A stretch of 64,000 nucleotides of DNA, from contig CM075988.1 in NCBI GenBank assembly GCA_038087875.1, positions 21,578,001 to 21,642,000 of the forward strand, in the 5' to 3' direction. A model generated the notes under the pieces. That model did not search any database. It was given only the letters and a program-made list of their open reading frames with translations, and was not told the DNA's origin. The stretch is from Malacoraja senta. Lineage: Eukaryota. Of this stretch, positions 36,885 through 50,516 are shown piece after piece. A program made the position numbers and the translations under genes. Position 1 is the stretch's first letter; each line of letters opens with the position of its first letter.

Positions 36885-37427
36885 GGTCTCCTAATTTGAG
36901 GAAGGACATCCTTGTGATTGAGGCAGTGCAGCGTGGGTTCACGAGATTGATCCCTGGGATGGCGGGACTGTCATCTGAGGAAAGATTGAAAAGACTAGGC
37001 TTGTATTCACTGGAGTTTAGAAGGATGAGGGGGGATTTTATAGAAACATATAAAATTATAAAAGGACTGGACAAGCTAGATGCAGGAAAAATGTTCCCAA
37101 TGTTGGGCGAGTCCAGAACCAGGGGCCTCAGTCTTAGAATAAAGGGGAGGTCATTTAAGACTGAGGTGAAAAAAAACGTTTTCACCCAGAGAGTTGTGAA
37201 TTTGTGGAATTCCCTGCCACAGAGGGCAGTGGAGGCCAAGTCACTGGATGGATTTAAGAGAGAGTTAGATAGAGCTCTAGGGGCTAGTGGAATCAAAGGA
37301 TATGGGGAGAAGGCAGGCACGGGTTATTGATTGGGGACGATCAGCCATGATCGCAATGAATGGCGGTGCTGGCTCGAAGGGCCGAATGGCCTCCTCCTGC
37401 ACCTATTTTCTATGTTTCTATGTTTCT
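36885..37427 (+). mobile_element. CR1/HER1 LINE 3' fragment with open frame
   Basis: WSPNLRKDI..RLKRLGLYSLEFRRMRGD..TRG..FTQRVVNLWNSLP followed by the tail. Confidence 0.95.
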
Positions 37428-37802
37428 ACGAAAGATCATTGAAAGATTAAACCAATGAAAAATTTAAAATCGGTCTCAAGACGGGTCATGATCTGAAAAG
37501 TTATCTATCCATGATCAGGATGCTGCCTGACCCGTTGAGTTACTCCAGCTTTTTGTGTCTTTTTCAGAAAGATTTAAAATATATATTTTTTAAACATGAA
37601 CAATAATCCTCCAAATTACATTGACAGTTTAGATCATGATTTCTAATGATAAATTATATCTATGAATATGTAATGTTATTTGCAATGGTTCCTTAAATCG
37701 TCAGTTTGGAAAGTAGACGACTTTTACTTTTGTAGTATAATCGTAATGGTAATTGGAATAAAATGTTTCTTTTTGTTACAAGCCTCTACTTCACTTCTGT
37801 AG

Positions 37803-38009
37803 ACAGCTGTCACATTGGAGTCATTCCAAGAAGGAAGTATCACGGCTTAACTTTCCCAGTCAGTCTCTGGGTGATTGGTGCAGTGGCTGTTCCAGTTTCG
37901 ACAGCAGGGCTGTGTAATTTAGTGGAGAAAACGACTCTGAAATCAGAATTACCGGGCATGATAATCACGCCATTGGAAATAGTATTCAGCTTCCAGCGAG
38001 ACGATTCCA
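37803..38009 (+). CDS. Candidate coding exon (phase 1 to 1): xSCHIGVIPRRKYHGLTFPVSLWVIGAVAVPVSTAGLCNLVEKTTLKSELPGMIITPLEIVFSFQRDDS
   Basis: 207-nt stop-free frame between acceptor ctctacttcacttctgtag and donor CCA|gtatgt, in unique DNA with AT-rich flanks. Confidence 0.6.
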
Positions 38010-38486
38010 GTATGTCATTCCCCTAGTTTATTCTGCTTAGACTATATCCCTCTACAATAATATTGTGTCATTTGTTACAGCCTTGTGTGTGCGTGATGTA
38101 CATCTTTACACTGCCACAGGCTCTCTCTGTTTGGGCAGCACGGTGGCGCAGTGGTAGAGTTGCTGCCTCACAGCGCCAGAGACCCGAGTTCGATCCCGAC
38201 TTCGGGCGCTCTCTGTACGGAGTTTGTACGTCTTCCCCATGACCGCGTGGGTTTTTATCCAGATGTGTTTGGCCCACATCCCTCTGATCATATCCTATCC
38301 ATGGACCTGTCCAAATGTTTTTTACCGGTTGTGATAGTAGACTTGATGGGCCGAATGGCCTAATTCTGCTCCTATCACTTATGATCTTATGATGTCATGA
38401 TAGTACCTGCCTCAACTAATTTTGGCAACTCGTTCCATGCACCCACCACCTCTGTGTAAAAACATTGTCCCTCAGGTTCCTATTAT

Positions 38487-38818
38487 TGGCCCTGTCCCAC
38501 GGTACGAGTTCATTCCAAGAGTTCTCCCGAGTTTGCCATGATTCGAACTCGGAGATTTACGGTAATGGCCGCTCCTCGGTACGCGGGGCTCTCGTGGACA
38601 TTTTTCAACATGTTTGAAAAATCTTCACAAGTCTTCCCGAGCTTACCTGCCGTTAACGAGTCTTCCCGAGTACCTGCCGTTAGCGTTACGAGCCGCTAAG
38701 AGACGTCCCCGAACTCCGACGTACCCGCTACGATCAATCTCCGTGCTTACCACGGGCTTGATTTTTTTTTAAAACTCAGGAGAGCTCTTGAATGAACTCG
38801 CACCGTGGGACAGGGGCA
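38487..38818. mobile_element. PIF/Harbinger-like MITE (family B)
   Basis: ccctgtcccacggtacgagttcattccaagag TIRs and the same body as 45456 and 55829. Confidence 0.9.
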
Positions 38819-39869
38819 TAAATCTTTCCTCATCTCACCTTAAAAACCTCTTCACACCTTCTGTCTTTTCATCTCTGGCCTTTGTCCAACCATCTGCCTA
38901 TCTAAAACCCCTCTATCATCCTCTACCTGTCCCTTCCCACCTCTTTCCCCCCTCCCCTTAAACCTATGTCCTCTTGATTTCTTGGTTTCCCCTACTCTGG
39001 GTAAAAGTGTGCATTTACCTGATCTAGTCTCTCTCATAATCCTTGCAACACTGCATATTTCCCCTATGAATCATATTTGAAGCTGGCCATTGAAAAATTT
39101 GCTTATTAATAAACACAGTGGGAGTGATCGAGTGGTACAGTGTGGAAACAGGCCCTTCGGCCCAACTTGTCCACACCGGCCAACATGTCCCATCTCATAT
39201 GACAACACTTTCACAATGGCCCCACCAAGAACATGCTGATGCTTGTGTGTCATCATTGGTTTCCTTTTGGCCTGGCTGTGAGATGCATTTCACATCATCT
39301 AATTACACATTACACCAGGCTTGCTAGTTTAGCAAAGCCAAAACCACACGGCTTTCTCTCCCATCACAGCTCGGTGCATTGAAAGAACAATTAGCTTAAT
39401 TTGTCATGATTTATTTTTCAGAACATCTACTGCATTTGGCCCATATCCCTCTTAACCTGTCCTATCCATGTACCTGTTTGAATGTGGTAGTCCCTGCCTC
39501 AACTACCACCTCCAGCAGCTTGTTCCCTACACCTACCACCCTTTGTGTAAAAAAATCACCCCTCAGGTTCCCATCAAATCTTTCCCCCTCACCTTAAAAA
39601 ACTCTACAATCCTTTTGTCTCACACCTTTTGTCTTTTCATCTTGGCCTTTATCCAACCGTCTGCCTTTCATAACCCCTCCAATAACCTATCGTCTCCCAG
39701 ACTTTGCGCTGCCCATCCTCTCTTCCAGCTTTATTCTCCCCTCCCTCCCCCGTACAATCAGAAGTGTCCTGACAAAAAACAGCATGCATCCATGCTCTCC
39801 GGAGATGTTCCCCGACCTGTTGAGTTACTCCAGCACTTTGTGTCTTTTTCCTCAGAGTTTAGTTTATAT

Positions 39870-40157
39870 AGTTTAATTTAGAGACACAGCGTGGAAACAG
39901 GCCCTTCGGCCCACTGAGTTCGCGCCGACCAGCGATCCCCGCTCACTAACACTATCCTACACACACGAGGGACAATTTCCAATTTTTCCAATCCAATTAA
40001 CCTACAAACCTGCACATCTTTGGAGTGTGGGAGGAAACCGGAGCTCCCGGAGATAACCCAGGCCGGTCACGGGGCGAACGTACAAGCTCCGTACAAACAG
40101 CACCCGTAGTCAGGATCGAACCCGTGTCTCTGGCGCTGTGAGGCAGCAACTCTACAG
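39870..40157 (-). mobile_element. HE1-like SINE
   Basis: Consensus match. Confidence 0.85.
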
Positions 40158-40609
40158 CAGGGCCGTCCCTTAATCTGCTCATTTCCAAGCAACCTTCTCA
40201 TCATACCAACTCATTACTTTAACTTTCCTGACACAGTGTCTTGGTTCCACGAAAGGGGAATGACTAACTCCCTCCCTGCTTACATTAACTTCGCATTTCA
40301 TGCATGACAATCCATTACAGCTCAAAGTTTAATTAATTGGGTGAAGAGGCTTGGATGTATCACGGACGGACGTAGATAGTGCTACCAAGGTCCTTAGTGT
40401 CTTTATCTGATACACTGCTCCGTAATTAGTTTTATTTTCAACTTAACACACTATTAAGGTCACGTCGCAGTGGATAAAGCCTTGGTCGCAAAACTATCAC
40501 TGAACTGAATTATTCCTGGAATCAATGATTATTAAAAATAATCAGAACGAAAGAGAATGAAGCTGAATGGACAAGCTCTCTTCATTAAACCTCCCCAGTT
40601 AATGATCAG

Positions 40610-41733
40610 GCAAAGGGACTTGGGTGTGCCGATATAGGATTCCCAAAGAGTTAATTTTTTTCGAGAGGACTAGAATATAAAAACAGGGATGTCATGCTGA
40701 GGCTTTATAAGGCACTGGTCAGACTACGTTTGGAGTATTGTGAGCAGTTTTGGGCCCCATATCTGAGGAAGGATGTGCTGACATTGGAGAGGGTCCAGAG
40801 ATGGTTTACGAGAATGATCCCAGGGATGATTGGGTTAACATACGATTAGCGTTTGACGCCACTTGGCCTGAAGTTTAGAACGAGTGCGGACCTCATTGAA
40901 ACTTACCGTATCGTGAAAGAGTGGGAGAGTCTAGGACCAGAGACCATAACCTCAGAATAAAAGGACGTACTTACCTTTAGAAAGGAGATGAGGAGGAATT
41001 TCTTTAGTCAGAGGGCGGTGAATCTGTGGAAATCATTGCCACAGAAGGTTGTGGCAGCCAAGCCAATGGATATTTTTCATGTAGAGATAGATTCTTGATT
41101 AGTATGGGTGTCATGGGTTACAGAGAAGGTTCACCAGACTGATTCCTGGGATGTCAGGACTTTCATATGAAGAAAGACTGGATAGACTCGGCTTGTACTC
41201 GCTAGAATTTAGAAGATTGAGGGGGGATCTTATAGAAACGTACAAAATTCTTAAGGGGTTGGACAGGCTATATGCAGGAAGATTGTTCCCGATGTTGGGG
41301 AAGTCCAGGACAAAGGGTCACAGTTTAAGGATAAAGGGGAAATCTTTTAGGACCGAGATGAGAAAAACATTTTTCACACAGAGAGTGGTGAATCTCTGGA
41401 ATTCTCTGCCACAGAAGGTAGTTGAGGCCAGTTCATTGGCTATATTTAAGAGGGAGTTAGATGTGGCCCTTGTGGCTAAAGGGATCAGGGGGTATGGAGA
41501 GAAGGCAGGTACTGGATACTGAGTTGGATGATCAGCCATGATCATATTGAATGGCGGTGCAGGCTCGAAGGGCCGAATGGCCTACTCCTGCACCTATTGT
41601 CTATGTTTCTATGTTACGGGGAGAGAAGGCAGGAGAACGGGGTTAAGAGGGAAAGATAGATCAGCCATGATTGAATGGCGGATTAGACCAGATGGGCCGA
41701 ATGGCCTAATTCAGCTCCTACAACTTATGAACT
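40610..41733 (+). mobile_element. Old CR1 fragment with a younger CR1 3' end (about 41122-41612) nested in it
   Basis: ORF 41151-41522 is a CR1 C-terminus. The host tail resumes at about 41613. Confidence 0.9.
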
Positions 41734-42079
41734 AATGAATGTATTTCTGTCATATCAGGAACATGTTATTGAAGCCTAAAATAATGTCTTCAAATGTAAA
41801 GGGCTACTTTTCTTCAATAACAGCCCTGGGTGAAATTGTGGGATTTTTTTTTGCACTGCGAGGATATATTTATAATGAAAAGCACGTTGTGTGTGAAGTA
41901 GGGAAATGCATCCGAAAGTTTTCCTTTGGCTTTGGGGGAGCTCTCTGGAGCATTCGATGCTTGCAAGAGTAACTGGAAGGCTCCCGTTGTCCACTAGGGA
42001 CAACTACCAGAAAACACCAACAGTGTTCTAGTGTGCAGAAGTGTCCCAACCCGAAAAGTCGCCTGTCCATTGCCTCCAA

Positions 42080-42460
42080 GATACAAGATATATTTATTTG
42101 TCACAGGTGCCATACAGCCATACAATAAAAATAAAGAATACAACACACGATAGAGTTCAACATAAAACATCCCCACACAGCAGAATCAAAAGTTTCCCAC
42201 TGTGAGGGAAGGCACCAAAGTCAGTCATCTTCCTCTGATGTTCCCGCGTGGTCGGGGCCTCCGGAGCCCTCTGCAGTCGCCGCTACGGGCAGCCCGCCGT
42301 TCAGGCCCGCTCGCCGGGATGTTGGCTCTCCGACGTCGGAACGGTAGGCCAACCTCAGCGGCTTGGACCTCCAAAACGGCCGCCGCTTCCCACCGGGTTC
42401 CGCAGCTCCCGACGTCCGCAGGCCGCGCTGGGCGGAGATTCAACGCTGGCGGCCATCCGC
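42080..42460 (-). mobile_element. GC-rich non-LTR element related to 26662 and 33138 (3' part)
   Basis: cactgtgagggaaggc block, tttattt and a repeat tail. Confidence 0.5.
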
Positions 42461-42496
42461 AATGGGCCCCAGGGACTCTGCAAAGGGCCCCAGGGA

Positions 42497-42900
42497 CTCC
42501 CCACACTCCAAAGACGTACAGGTTTGTAGGTTAATTGGCTTGGTATAAATGTAAAATATTGTCGCTGGTGGGTGTAGGGTAGTGTTAATGTGCGGGGATC
42601 GCTGGTCGGCGTGGACCCAGTTGGCCGAAGGTACTGTTTCCGCGCTGTATCTCTAAACTAAACTAAACTAAACTAAACTAACACTATCCAACACATACCA
42701 AGGACAATTTACATTTATACCAAGCCAATTAACCTACAAACCAGTGCGTCTTTGGAGTGTGGGAGGAGACCGAAGATCCTCGGAGAAAACCCACGCAGGT
42801 CACGGGGAGGAAACAGTTGCTCTAAGTCTAAAAGCACCCTTGGTCAGGATCGAACACGGGTCTCTGACGCTGTAAGGCAGCATCTCTACCGCTGCGCCAC
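42497..42900. mobile_element. Tail-to-tail SINE halves (+ then -)
   Basis: Consensus matches joined at (TAAAC)n. Confidence 0.8.
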
Positions 42901-43562
42901 AGTTGAGATAAATTCCTTTTCCTCGTTGTATCAGAACACAACCCTTCCACTGTAAGATTATCCATCTGTAATATTCTCTCAGTCTGTTCACCTGCCTGAT
43001 TTACTGGGCAGAAAACAGCAACAACGCTGACCCTCATCTCACAGCTTTTACACATCCTTGTGCTTGTTTACTCTCCCACTGACTGTCTTCATGGACCTGT
43101 CAGAAGAGATGGCTGCCTGACTTGAGGAGAATGACCCCAGCGTTTTCTGTTTGTGTTTCAGATTTCCAGTGCCTGCCTGCAGCCCTCTGATTTTCAACTT
43201 ATCATCGACCCATCCCCCGTCAACAGAATATCCAGCATTTGTCAAAATCGTAGGTGGACAGAAAATGCTGGAGAAACTCAGAGGATGAGGCAGCATCCAT
43301 GGAGAGAAGGAATTGGAGACATTTCGGGTCGAGACCCTTCTTCAGACTGATACAAAGATTTGTCAAAATGGTGTCTTTGTTCTTTTCCACAACCTCTGCT
43401 GGTGAGAGTGACTTCCACATTCCCACTGCTGTAGGGAGGGGAGAGGGGGTGGACACAACATTTCCATCACCTTCCTCCCCAAACTTTGGTTCCATCTACC
43501 CATCACCAACACCTGGATTTCTTCTCCCCAGCCTCCCCTCCCCTCCACTATCACATACTACA

Positions 43563-43840
43563 GAGGCGCAGTGGTAGAGTTGCTGACTTACAGCGCCAGA
43601 GACACAGCTGTGATCCTGACTACGGCCCGTACAGAGTTTGCACCTTCCCACCTGGTTTTTTCCGGGTGCTCCGGTTTCCTCCCACATCGTAGAGTGTGCG
43701 GGTTTTGTACGTTAATTGGCTTCTGCAACTTGACCCAACTGTGCAGAATAGAAGTAGTGATCGTTGGTCGGCGTGGACTGGGTGGGCCGAAGGGCCTGTT
43801 ACCGCTCTATGTCTCTAAACTAAATGATATAAACTAAACT
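43563..43840 (+). mobile_element. Diverged HE1-like SINE
   Basis: Consensus match. Confidence 0.75.
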
Positions 43841-44106
43841 CTGGGGAAAAAAAGACAGAAAGTGCTGGAGTAACTCAACAGGTCGGGGAGCATCTCTGGA
43901 GAACACGGGTACATGGCGGTTTTTGTCGAGACCCTTCTGATTGTACGGGGGAGGGAGGGGAGTATAAAGCTGGAAGAGCGGAGGAGCAACGCTAAGTCTG
44001 GGAGATACTAGGTTGTTAGAGGGAAAGACAGATGGTCCTGAATAAAAACCTTTAGTCTATTATCCCTCCCCTCACTGGCTCTCCTTATGACTACGAGGAA
44101 GGGTTA

Positions 44107-44559
44107 AGGGCCTGTCCCACTTGGGCGACCTAATCCGCGAGTTCTGGCGAGTTTGCCCTCGACTCATACTCGCAGCATGGTCGACACGAGGTCGTAGGAG
44201 GTCGTCGTAACTCTCCTTCATGCTCGAGAGTGGTCTCCGCGTACTCGAGCCATGGAAAAAAATCGATACTTTTTTTACTCGTATGTTTAGTCGTAGTAGG
44301 TCGCAGTAGGTCGGCATGTTAGTCGTAGGTAATCGAGGGTAGTCGAAGGTAGTCGTAGATAGTCTTCATCATAGTCAAAGGGAGGTCGAAGGGAGGTCGG
44401 AGGAGGTCGTCTTCACTCTCCACTGGTGTCCAATTTTTCCGAAGTTAGTCGTAGTTAGTCGAAGCTGGTCTTCAACATGGTCGAAGCTGGTCTTCAACAT
44501 GTCATTTTTTCAAACTCTTCAAAACTCGCCAATTAGGTCGCCCAGGTGGGACAGCCCCT
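44107..44559. mobile_element. PIF/Harbinger-like MITE (family A)
   Basis: agggcctgtcccacttgggcgacctaat...attaggtcgcccaggtgggacagcccct with TTA on both sides and internal gtcgtag/gtcgaag repeats. Confidence 0.9.
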
Positions 44560-44929
44560 TTAGTCTTGTCCTGGTACCTGACTGCAGAGAGATCACAGGG
44601 TATTCAAACTATCTTTTATGTTCAGATCCCTGCGACAATTCAGAGGCAGTTCAGAACGCTCCATCAAATCATTGTCGTTTTCATCTTAACCCAGCGATCT
44701 GTTCAATGCCCTAGAGAATGGAATCAGTCACCAGTCACGGATGTAAAGAAAACCAATGGAACAATAATTATAAGCATTGATTGTAGCCTGAACCTTTATT
44801 ATCAAGCTAGCACATGACATATTGAACTGTTTCTCGCATAATGCCAATCAAGAATAGCGCAAATTATACTCTGGTTTGACACAGGATTTCATCACATATT
44901 CCCTACACCTCTCAGTACGCCCACAACAG

Positions 44930-45234
44930 CGTGGGCGGCGCAGCGGTAGAGTTGCTGCCTTACGGCACCAGAGACCCGGGTTCGATCCTGACCACGGGTG
45001 CTGTCTGTACGGAGTTTGTACGTTCTCCCTATGACCTGCGTGGGTTTTCTCCGGGTGCTCCGGTTTCCTCCCACACTCCAAAGACTTCCAGGTTTGCAGG
45101 TTAATTGGCTTCAGTAAAATTGTAAATTGTTCCTCGTGTGTGTAGGAGAGTGCTAGTGTACGGGGGCAGCCGGTCGGCGCGGATTCGGTGAGCCAAATGG
45201 CCTGTTTCTGCGGTGTATCTCTAAACTAAACTAA
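44930..45234 (+). mobile_element. HE1-like SINE, full length
   Basis: Consensus match. Confidence 0.9.
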
Positions 45235-45455
45235 AGATTAGTACTAACCCACAAGAAGAAAATGAGAGAACACAGAGTGTGAAGGTGTTGCCTTACACTC
45301 AGTCTCCCAGACATCCGGCAATACCTGAGGAAGCTGCTTCAACAGAGAAGCATTGGGAGAGAGAAGGTGGTAGACACTGCCTGGTCCATCACAGCTACTG
45401 ACCCCCAAACCATCAAAGCGATCTACGGGAGGTGCTGCCTCAAAGAGGTAGCTAA

Positions 45456-45775
45456 TAGCCCTGTCCCACAGTACGAGTTCATTCCAAGAGTTCTCCCGAG
45501 TTTGCCCTGATTCGAACTCGGAGATTTATGGTAATGGCCACTCGTCGGTACTCGGGGCTCTCGCGGACATATTTCATCATGTTGAAAAATCTTCACGAGT
45601 CTTCCCGTGCTTACCTGCCGTTAGCGAGTCTTCCCGAGTACCTGCCGTTAGCGCTAAGAGACGTCCCCGAGCTCCGACGTACCCGCTACGTTCATTCCCC
45701 ATGCTTACCACGAGTTTGATTTTTTTTAAACTCGGGAGAGCTCTTGGAATGAACTCGTACCGTGGGACAGGGCTT
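45456..45775. mobile_element. PIF/Harbinger-like MITE (family B) inserted in a Rex1 fragment (about 45310-45930)
   Basis: TIRs with TAA on both sides (45453-45455, 45776-45778). Confidence 0.9.
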
Positions 45776-45972
45776 TAAGATTATCAAAGGCCCACAACAA
45801 CCTGGCCATGCTCTCATCCCACTACTACCATCGGGAGGAAGGTGCAGGATCCTAAGAACCGTGACCTCCAGGTTCAAGAACAGCTTCTTCTCAGCAACCA
45901 TCAGACCCTGGAACACTGCACAACACTAAAGTCAGTAACTATGGGCATTGTTTTGTTTGCAGTACGTATTTT

Positions 45973-46188
45973 GGAGTAACTCAGCGGACCAGGCAGCATC
46001 TCTGGAGAGAAGGAATGGGTGACGTTTCGGGTCGAGACCCTTCTTCAGAGTCCAGAATATGAAGAAGGGTCTCGATCCGAAATGTCATCCATTCCATCTC
46101 TCCAGAGATGCTGCCTGTTCCTTTGAGTTACTCCAGCATTTTGTGTCTATCTTCGGTGTAAACCAGCGTTTGCAGTTCCTTCCTACAC
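45973..46188. mobile_element. Penelope-like fold-back with hammerhead motif at 46021-46048 (-)
   Basis: Minus strand reads CUGAAGA a GGGUC uc GACCC GAAAC GUC. Confidence 0.8.
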
Positions 46189-46792
46189 TTTTCACTATTA
46201 TGCTCCGATAATACCAGTACTGCTTCTTAATGTACTGCTTTATTGATTATTGTACATTTACGCATGTATTATGGTATTGATGGACCTGTAACGCTGCAGC
46301 TTGTAAGAACTTCATCATTCCATGGCCAGTGCATGATGGTGGATACAAGGGCCTGCTTCCATGCTGTGTATTTAAACTCAATGTACAACTAAAACTCATG
46401 CTATGATGCACGCAGTCAAATGATGATCTGGAAACAGTTGATCTCCACTTGCCCTCGTGGCGAAGTCCATTTTCAATGGCACACCGACAGAATAAAAGCT
46501 GCATGATACCATCTAGCTTCTAGCCGCTTATATCTTGAGAATTTTCCTGTTACCACGGTTTCCTCCAGCCGTTCTGCTGCTGTAATTGTGCCTTCATCCA
46601 AGCAGCTAAAACTCACTTCGCTCTCGGGCAATGATGTGCAAGATTTTCAAACCGAGAAACAGAAATCTCTGGAAGCGCTCGAATGCCAACAACATCTGTG
46701 GGATGGGGGGGATAAGTCCCTCTACTCGCCTCTCCTCGCCGGAGTTTAGAAGGATGAGGGGACACCTCATTGAAACTTACTGAATAGTGAGT

Positions 46793-46984
46793 CTTCTTCT
46801 TTTCGTGTCCATCGTGTTTCAAATGTTGACCTCGCTGTCATCGTCCGTCCTGAAAAGGACGCGAGCTTCCGGCGACAATCAGTGGGAGCCATCACTTGTT
46901 GCAATAGATGATGGTGGTAGCAGAATTAGCTCGGGATACTTCCAGTTTCCAGCCCCGCGACGTGGATGCTTCTGCTATGGGGCC
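46793..46984 (-). mobile_element. Short retroposon with (GAA)n tail and 14-bp TSD, inserted in a CR1
   Basis: actgaatagtgagt at 46779-46792 and 46985-46998. The minus strand ends gacacgaaaagaagaag. Confidence 0.8.
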
Positions 46985-47039
46985 ACTGAATAGTGAGTGG
47001 CTTGCTATTTAAGTTGAGAGGACATTTAGAGGGCGAATA

Positions 47040-47390
47040 GTGAATAGAGTGGATGTGGAGAGGATGTTTCCACTAGTGTGGGAGAGTCTATGACTAGAGG
47101 TCATAGCCTCAGAATTAAAGGATGTTCCTTTAGGAAGGAGATGAGGAGGGATTTCTTTAGTCAGATGGTGGTGAAACTGTGGGATTTATTGCCACCGAAA
47201 GCTGTGGAGGCCAAGTCAATGGATGTCTTTAAGGCAGAGATAGATAGATTCTTGACCAGGACGGGCGTCAGGGGTTATGGGGAGAAGGCAGGAGAATGGG
47301 GTTGGGAGGGAGAGATAGATCAGCCGTGATTGAATGGTGGAGTGGACTCGATGGGCCGAATGGCCTAAATCTACTCCTATCACGTATGAA
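47040..47390 (+). mobile_element. CR1 LINE 3' end
   Basis: TRGHSLRIKG..FFSQMVVKLWD. Confidence 0.85.
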
Positions 47391-48105
47391 CTCACTGTAA
47401 TGCTTCCGATCGATGATGTGGAGGCTTTGGAGAAGGCGAAGAAAAGCTTTAGCAGAATCCTGAGCAAAACTAATTTTTTTTGGCGTATCTCAGCGGGTCA
47501 GGCAGCCTTTGTGGAGGGAATTGACAAGCAACAAAGCCATGAGAGGCGTCAATAGGGGAGACATTACAACTGTTCATGTCTTAACAACAAGTCTTAACAA
47601 CATCCCACGGTGGAAATGTCAAATAGGACAGGGCACAGCTTTAAGGTGAGAGGGGCAAAGCGTAAAGGAGATGTGTGAGGCAGGTTTTTACCCTGAGTGT
47701 GGTGGGTGTCTGGAATGTGCTCTCAGGACTGGTGCTGGAGGCAGATACAACAGTGGCATTTAAGATACTTTAGGGTGGACACATGGATATGTAGGGAATG
47801 GAGGTTCATGGAGAATGTCCAGGCAGAGGAGTTCGGTTTAGCTTGGCATCATGTTCAGCATGGACATTGGGGCCCAAGGGTCTGCGCTTGGTATCTATCT
47901 TCGGTATACGCCAGCATCTGCAGTTCCTTTCAACACCTGATGCAAGCTTATGGAAGGACCGTTCGGTAGTCTCAGCAGGGAGGAAGCCGTTCTGGAATCG
48001 AGCGGTTCTTGCTTTCAATCTTTTGCATCTTTGACCAAACGGGAGAGGGGAGGGGAGGGAACAACTGGGGTGAAAAAGGTCATTGAGCTATGCACGGACA
48101 GTTTC

Positions 48106-48385
48106 CAAGTCAAGTCAAGTCAATTTTATTTCTATAGCACATTTAAAAACAACTCTCGTTGACCAAAGTGCTTTACATCAGTGCAGGTACCTAACATGCT
48201 ACATACAGTGGTACATAGATCTAACAATACATACATATATACCTACATACAGTGCCCCCTTAGAGGACCTCAAGAAACGCTTGTGAGTAGAAATAAGTTT
48301 AAAGTCTAGACTTAATGGAGTCGATGAGGGGGCAGTTCTGATGAGAAGAGGGATGCTGTTCCACAGTCTAGGTGCGGCAACCGTT
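48106..48385 (-). mobile_element. L2-clade LINE 3' end
   Basis: VAAPRLWNSIPLLIRTAPS motif and a (CTTGA)n tail on the minus strand. Confidence 0.75.
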
Positions 48386-48971
48386 CCAAACTTGCTGTTA
48401 AGACATGAACAGTTGTAATGGTAAGTACAGATCAGGGGCCACTCAAGCACATTGTAGGCGTTAGAAGTTCTGAAGAAGGGTCTCGACACGAAACGTCATC
48501 TATTTCTTTTCTCCAGAGTTGCTGTCTGACCCGCTGAGTTCACTCCAGCTTTTTGTGTCAGTCTTCGGTTTGAACCAGCATCTGCCGTCCCTTCCTACAC
48601 ACTGTAGCTGTTGCATTTGGTTGCAGAAGAGATTAATATTGTTCTAGACGCATAATGCTGGAGTAACTCAGCGGGTCAGGCAGCATCGCTGGAGAAAAGG
48701 AATAGGTGACGTTTCGTGTTGAGACCCTTCTTCAGATCCTTTTCCTCTATTCTCTTCAGTGAGAATCAGTGTGAAAAGCATAATGGTTATTGAATGCTGA
48801 TTATTGATGGCATTGTTAGGAATTTGAATCGAAATAAGAATTCTGTGCCATCATTTAAGCATCACCAGCAATGAAGCGATCCTGCCAGTCTTTGTTCAAT
48901 TTCTGCACTTTGTTAGGGTCGGGTGGGCCAATCTAACTGAAGTCTCTTCATCATAATCTGTGTAGTATGCT

Positions 48972-49122
48972 TTTTTTTTTATAATCAAAAAATTTAATCA
49001 ATTATTAAAAAATAATATTTACACTACAATAAAACAAGCCAGAACCCACCACCATAATCCAATACAAACATATATCCATAATAAACTACTATACAACTAT
49101 GTTACAATCCTTAGTGAGGATA
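48972..49122 (-). mobile_element. Poly(A)-tailed AT-rich retroposon end (L1-like)
   Basis: T10 run and an imperfect flanking repeat tgtagtat(t)gc. Confidence 0.45.
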
Positions 49123-49261
49123 TGTAGTATTGCATTGGAGTTTTGAGTATCAGAGCGGAAGTGTGATCATTTACATTTCAGATCAAACAAGCACTAAATC
49201 ATAGAGTGAAGCATCCTCACATCTACAGCATCGTAGTATTTAGTTTTGTTTAGTTTACATA

Positions 49262-49900
49262 GATAGGGGCAGGAGTAGGCCATTCGGCCCTTCGAGCCAG
49301 CACCGCCATTCAATGTGATCATGGCTGATCATCCACAATCAGTACCCCGTTCCTACCTTCTCCCCAAACCACTTGAATCCGCTAGCCATAAGGGCTCCAT
49401 CTAACTCTCTTTTGAATGCATTTAGTGAATCGGCCTCCACTGCCTTCTGAGGCAGAGAATTTCACAGATTCACAACTCTCCGTGTGGAAACGTTTTTCCA
49501 CATCTCAGTTCTAAATGGCCTACCCCTTATTCTTAAACTGTGGCCCCTGGTTCTGGACTCCCCCAACATCGGGAACATGTTTCCTGCCTCTAGCGTGTCC
49601 AATCCCTTAATACATTTATATGTTTGAAGATACATTGTGGAAACAGGCCCTTCGGCCCACTGTGTCCGCGCCAACCAGCGATCCCCGTACACTAGCACTA
49701 TCCTGGAACCCACTAGGGATAATTTACAATATTTTTTTAACCAAAGCCAATTAACGTGCAAACCTGTACGTCTTTGGGGTGTGGGAGGAAACCGGAGCAC
49801 CCGGAGAAAACTACGTGTTCATAGAGAGAATGTAGAAATTCTGCACCTGCAGTAAGTATCGAACCCGGGTCTCTGGCGCCGTGAGGCAGCAACTCTACCA
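49262..49900 (-). mobile_element. CR1 3' end (49262-49620) followed by an HE1-like SINE (49636-49900)
   Basis: Consensus matches. Confidence 0.85.
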
Positions 49901-50516
49901 GATGCACACCCCCACCCCCCCCACAGCCCACAGGTGACCCCACATTGTGACTTTCAACCTCTATCACTTCACATGCATTCTAAGAGTTTTACTTCAGAAA
50001 AGAAATACGTGCCTAAATAATCCACTGCCTTTCATATTGCTGTCAGAAGATCATGAAATGCTTTACAACTGAATAATTTCCCCTGCTGGCCTTTAACAAG
50101 AGGTTCTGTGACACAATGTGGTTGTTTGTCCTCATGCAAGCAGTAGAATGGGGATTATGCTCTGCTGAAGGCTCTTTAGTCTGAATTAATAAATTATGAG
50201 GACTTGCGTAATTGAATGTAATCAATATATTATTTAAACTAGAGGACCATGTTTCTAACCTTCACGAAAATTTGCACTGACTTCAATCTTCTGCTTAAAA
50301 CTGAGCTTGTCTTTGCTGTTAATCACTTGGTGATATGTGTTGGCTCCGAATACAGGCACTCCCCGACTTAAATAACAAGCGACTTACATAAACTCACACT
50401 TACGTAAGCTGTTCTTTAATCCCACTGCTTTATATCTGAGTTGTGCGTCTCGGTAGCAGCGTGCTGCTGCGTTGCATGCGGCCGTTTCCACAAGACATTC
50501 AGTTGTTCTTATGGAT

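Noticed and set aside
36737..37330. 197-aa ORF as a host gene
   Set aside because: It is a chance fusion of antisense Rex1 sequence to a CR1 ORF2 C-terminal fragment.
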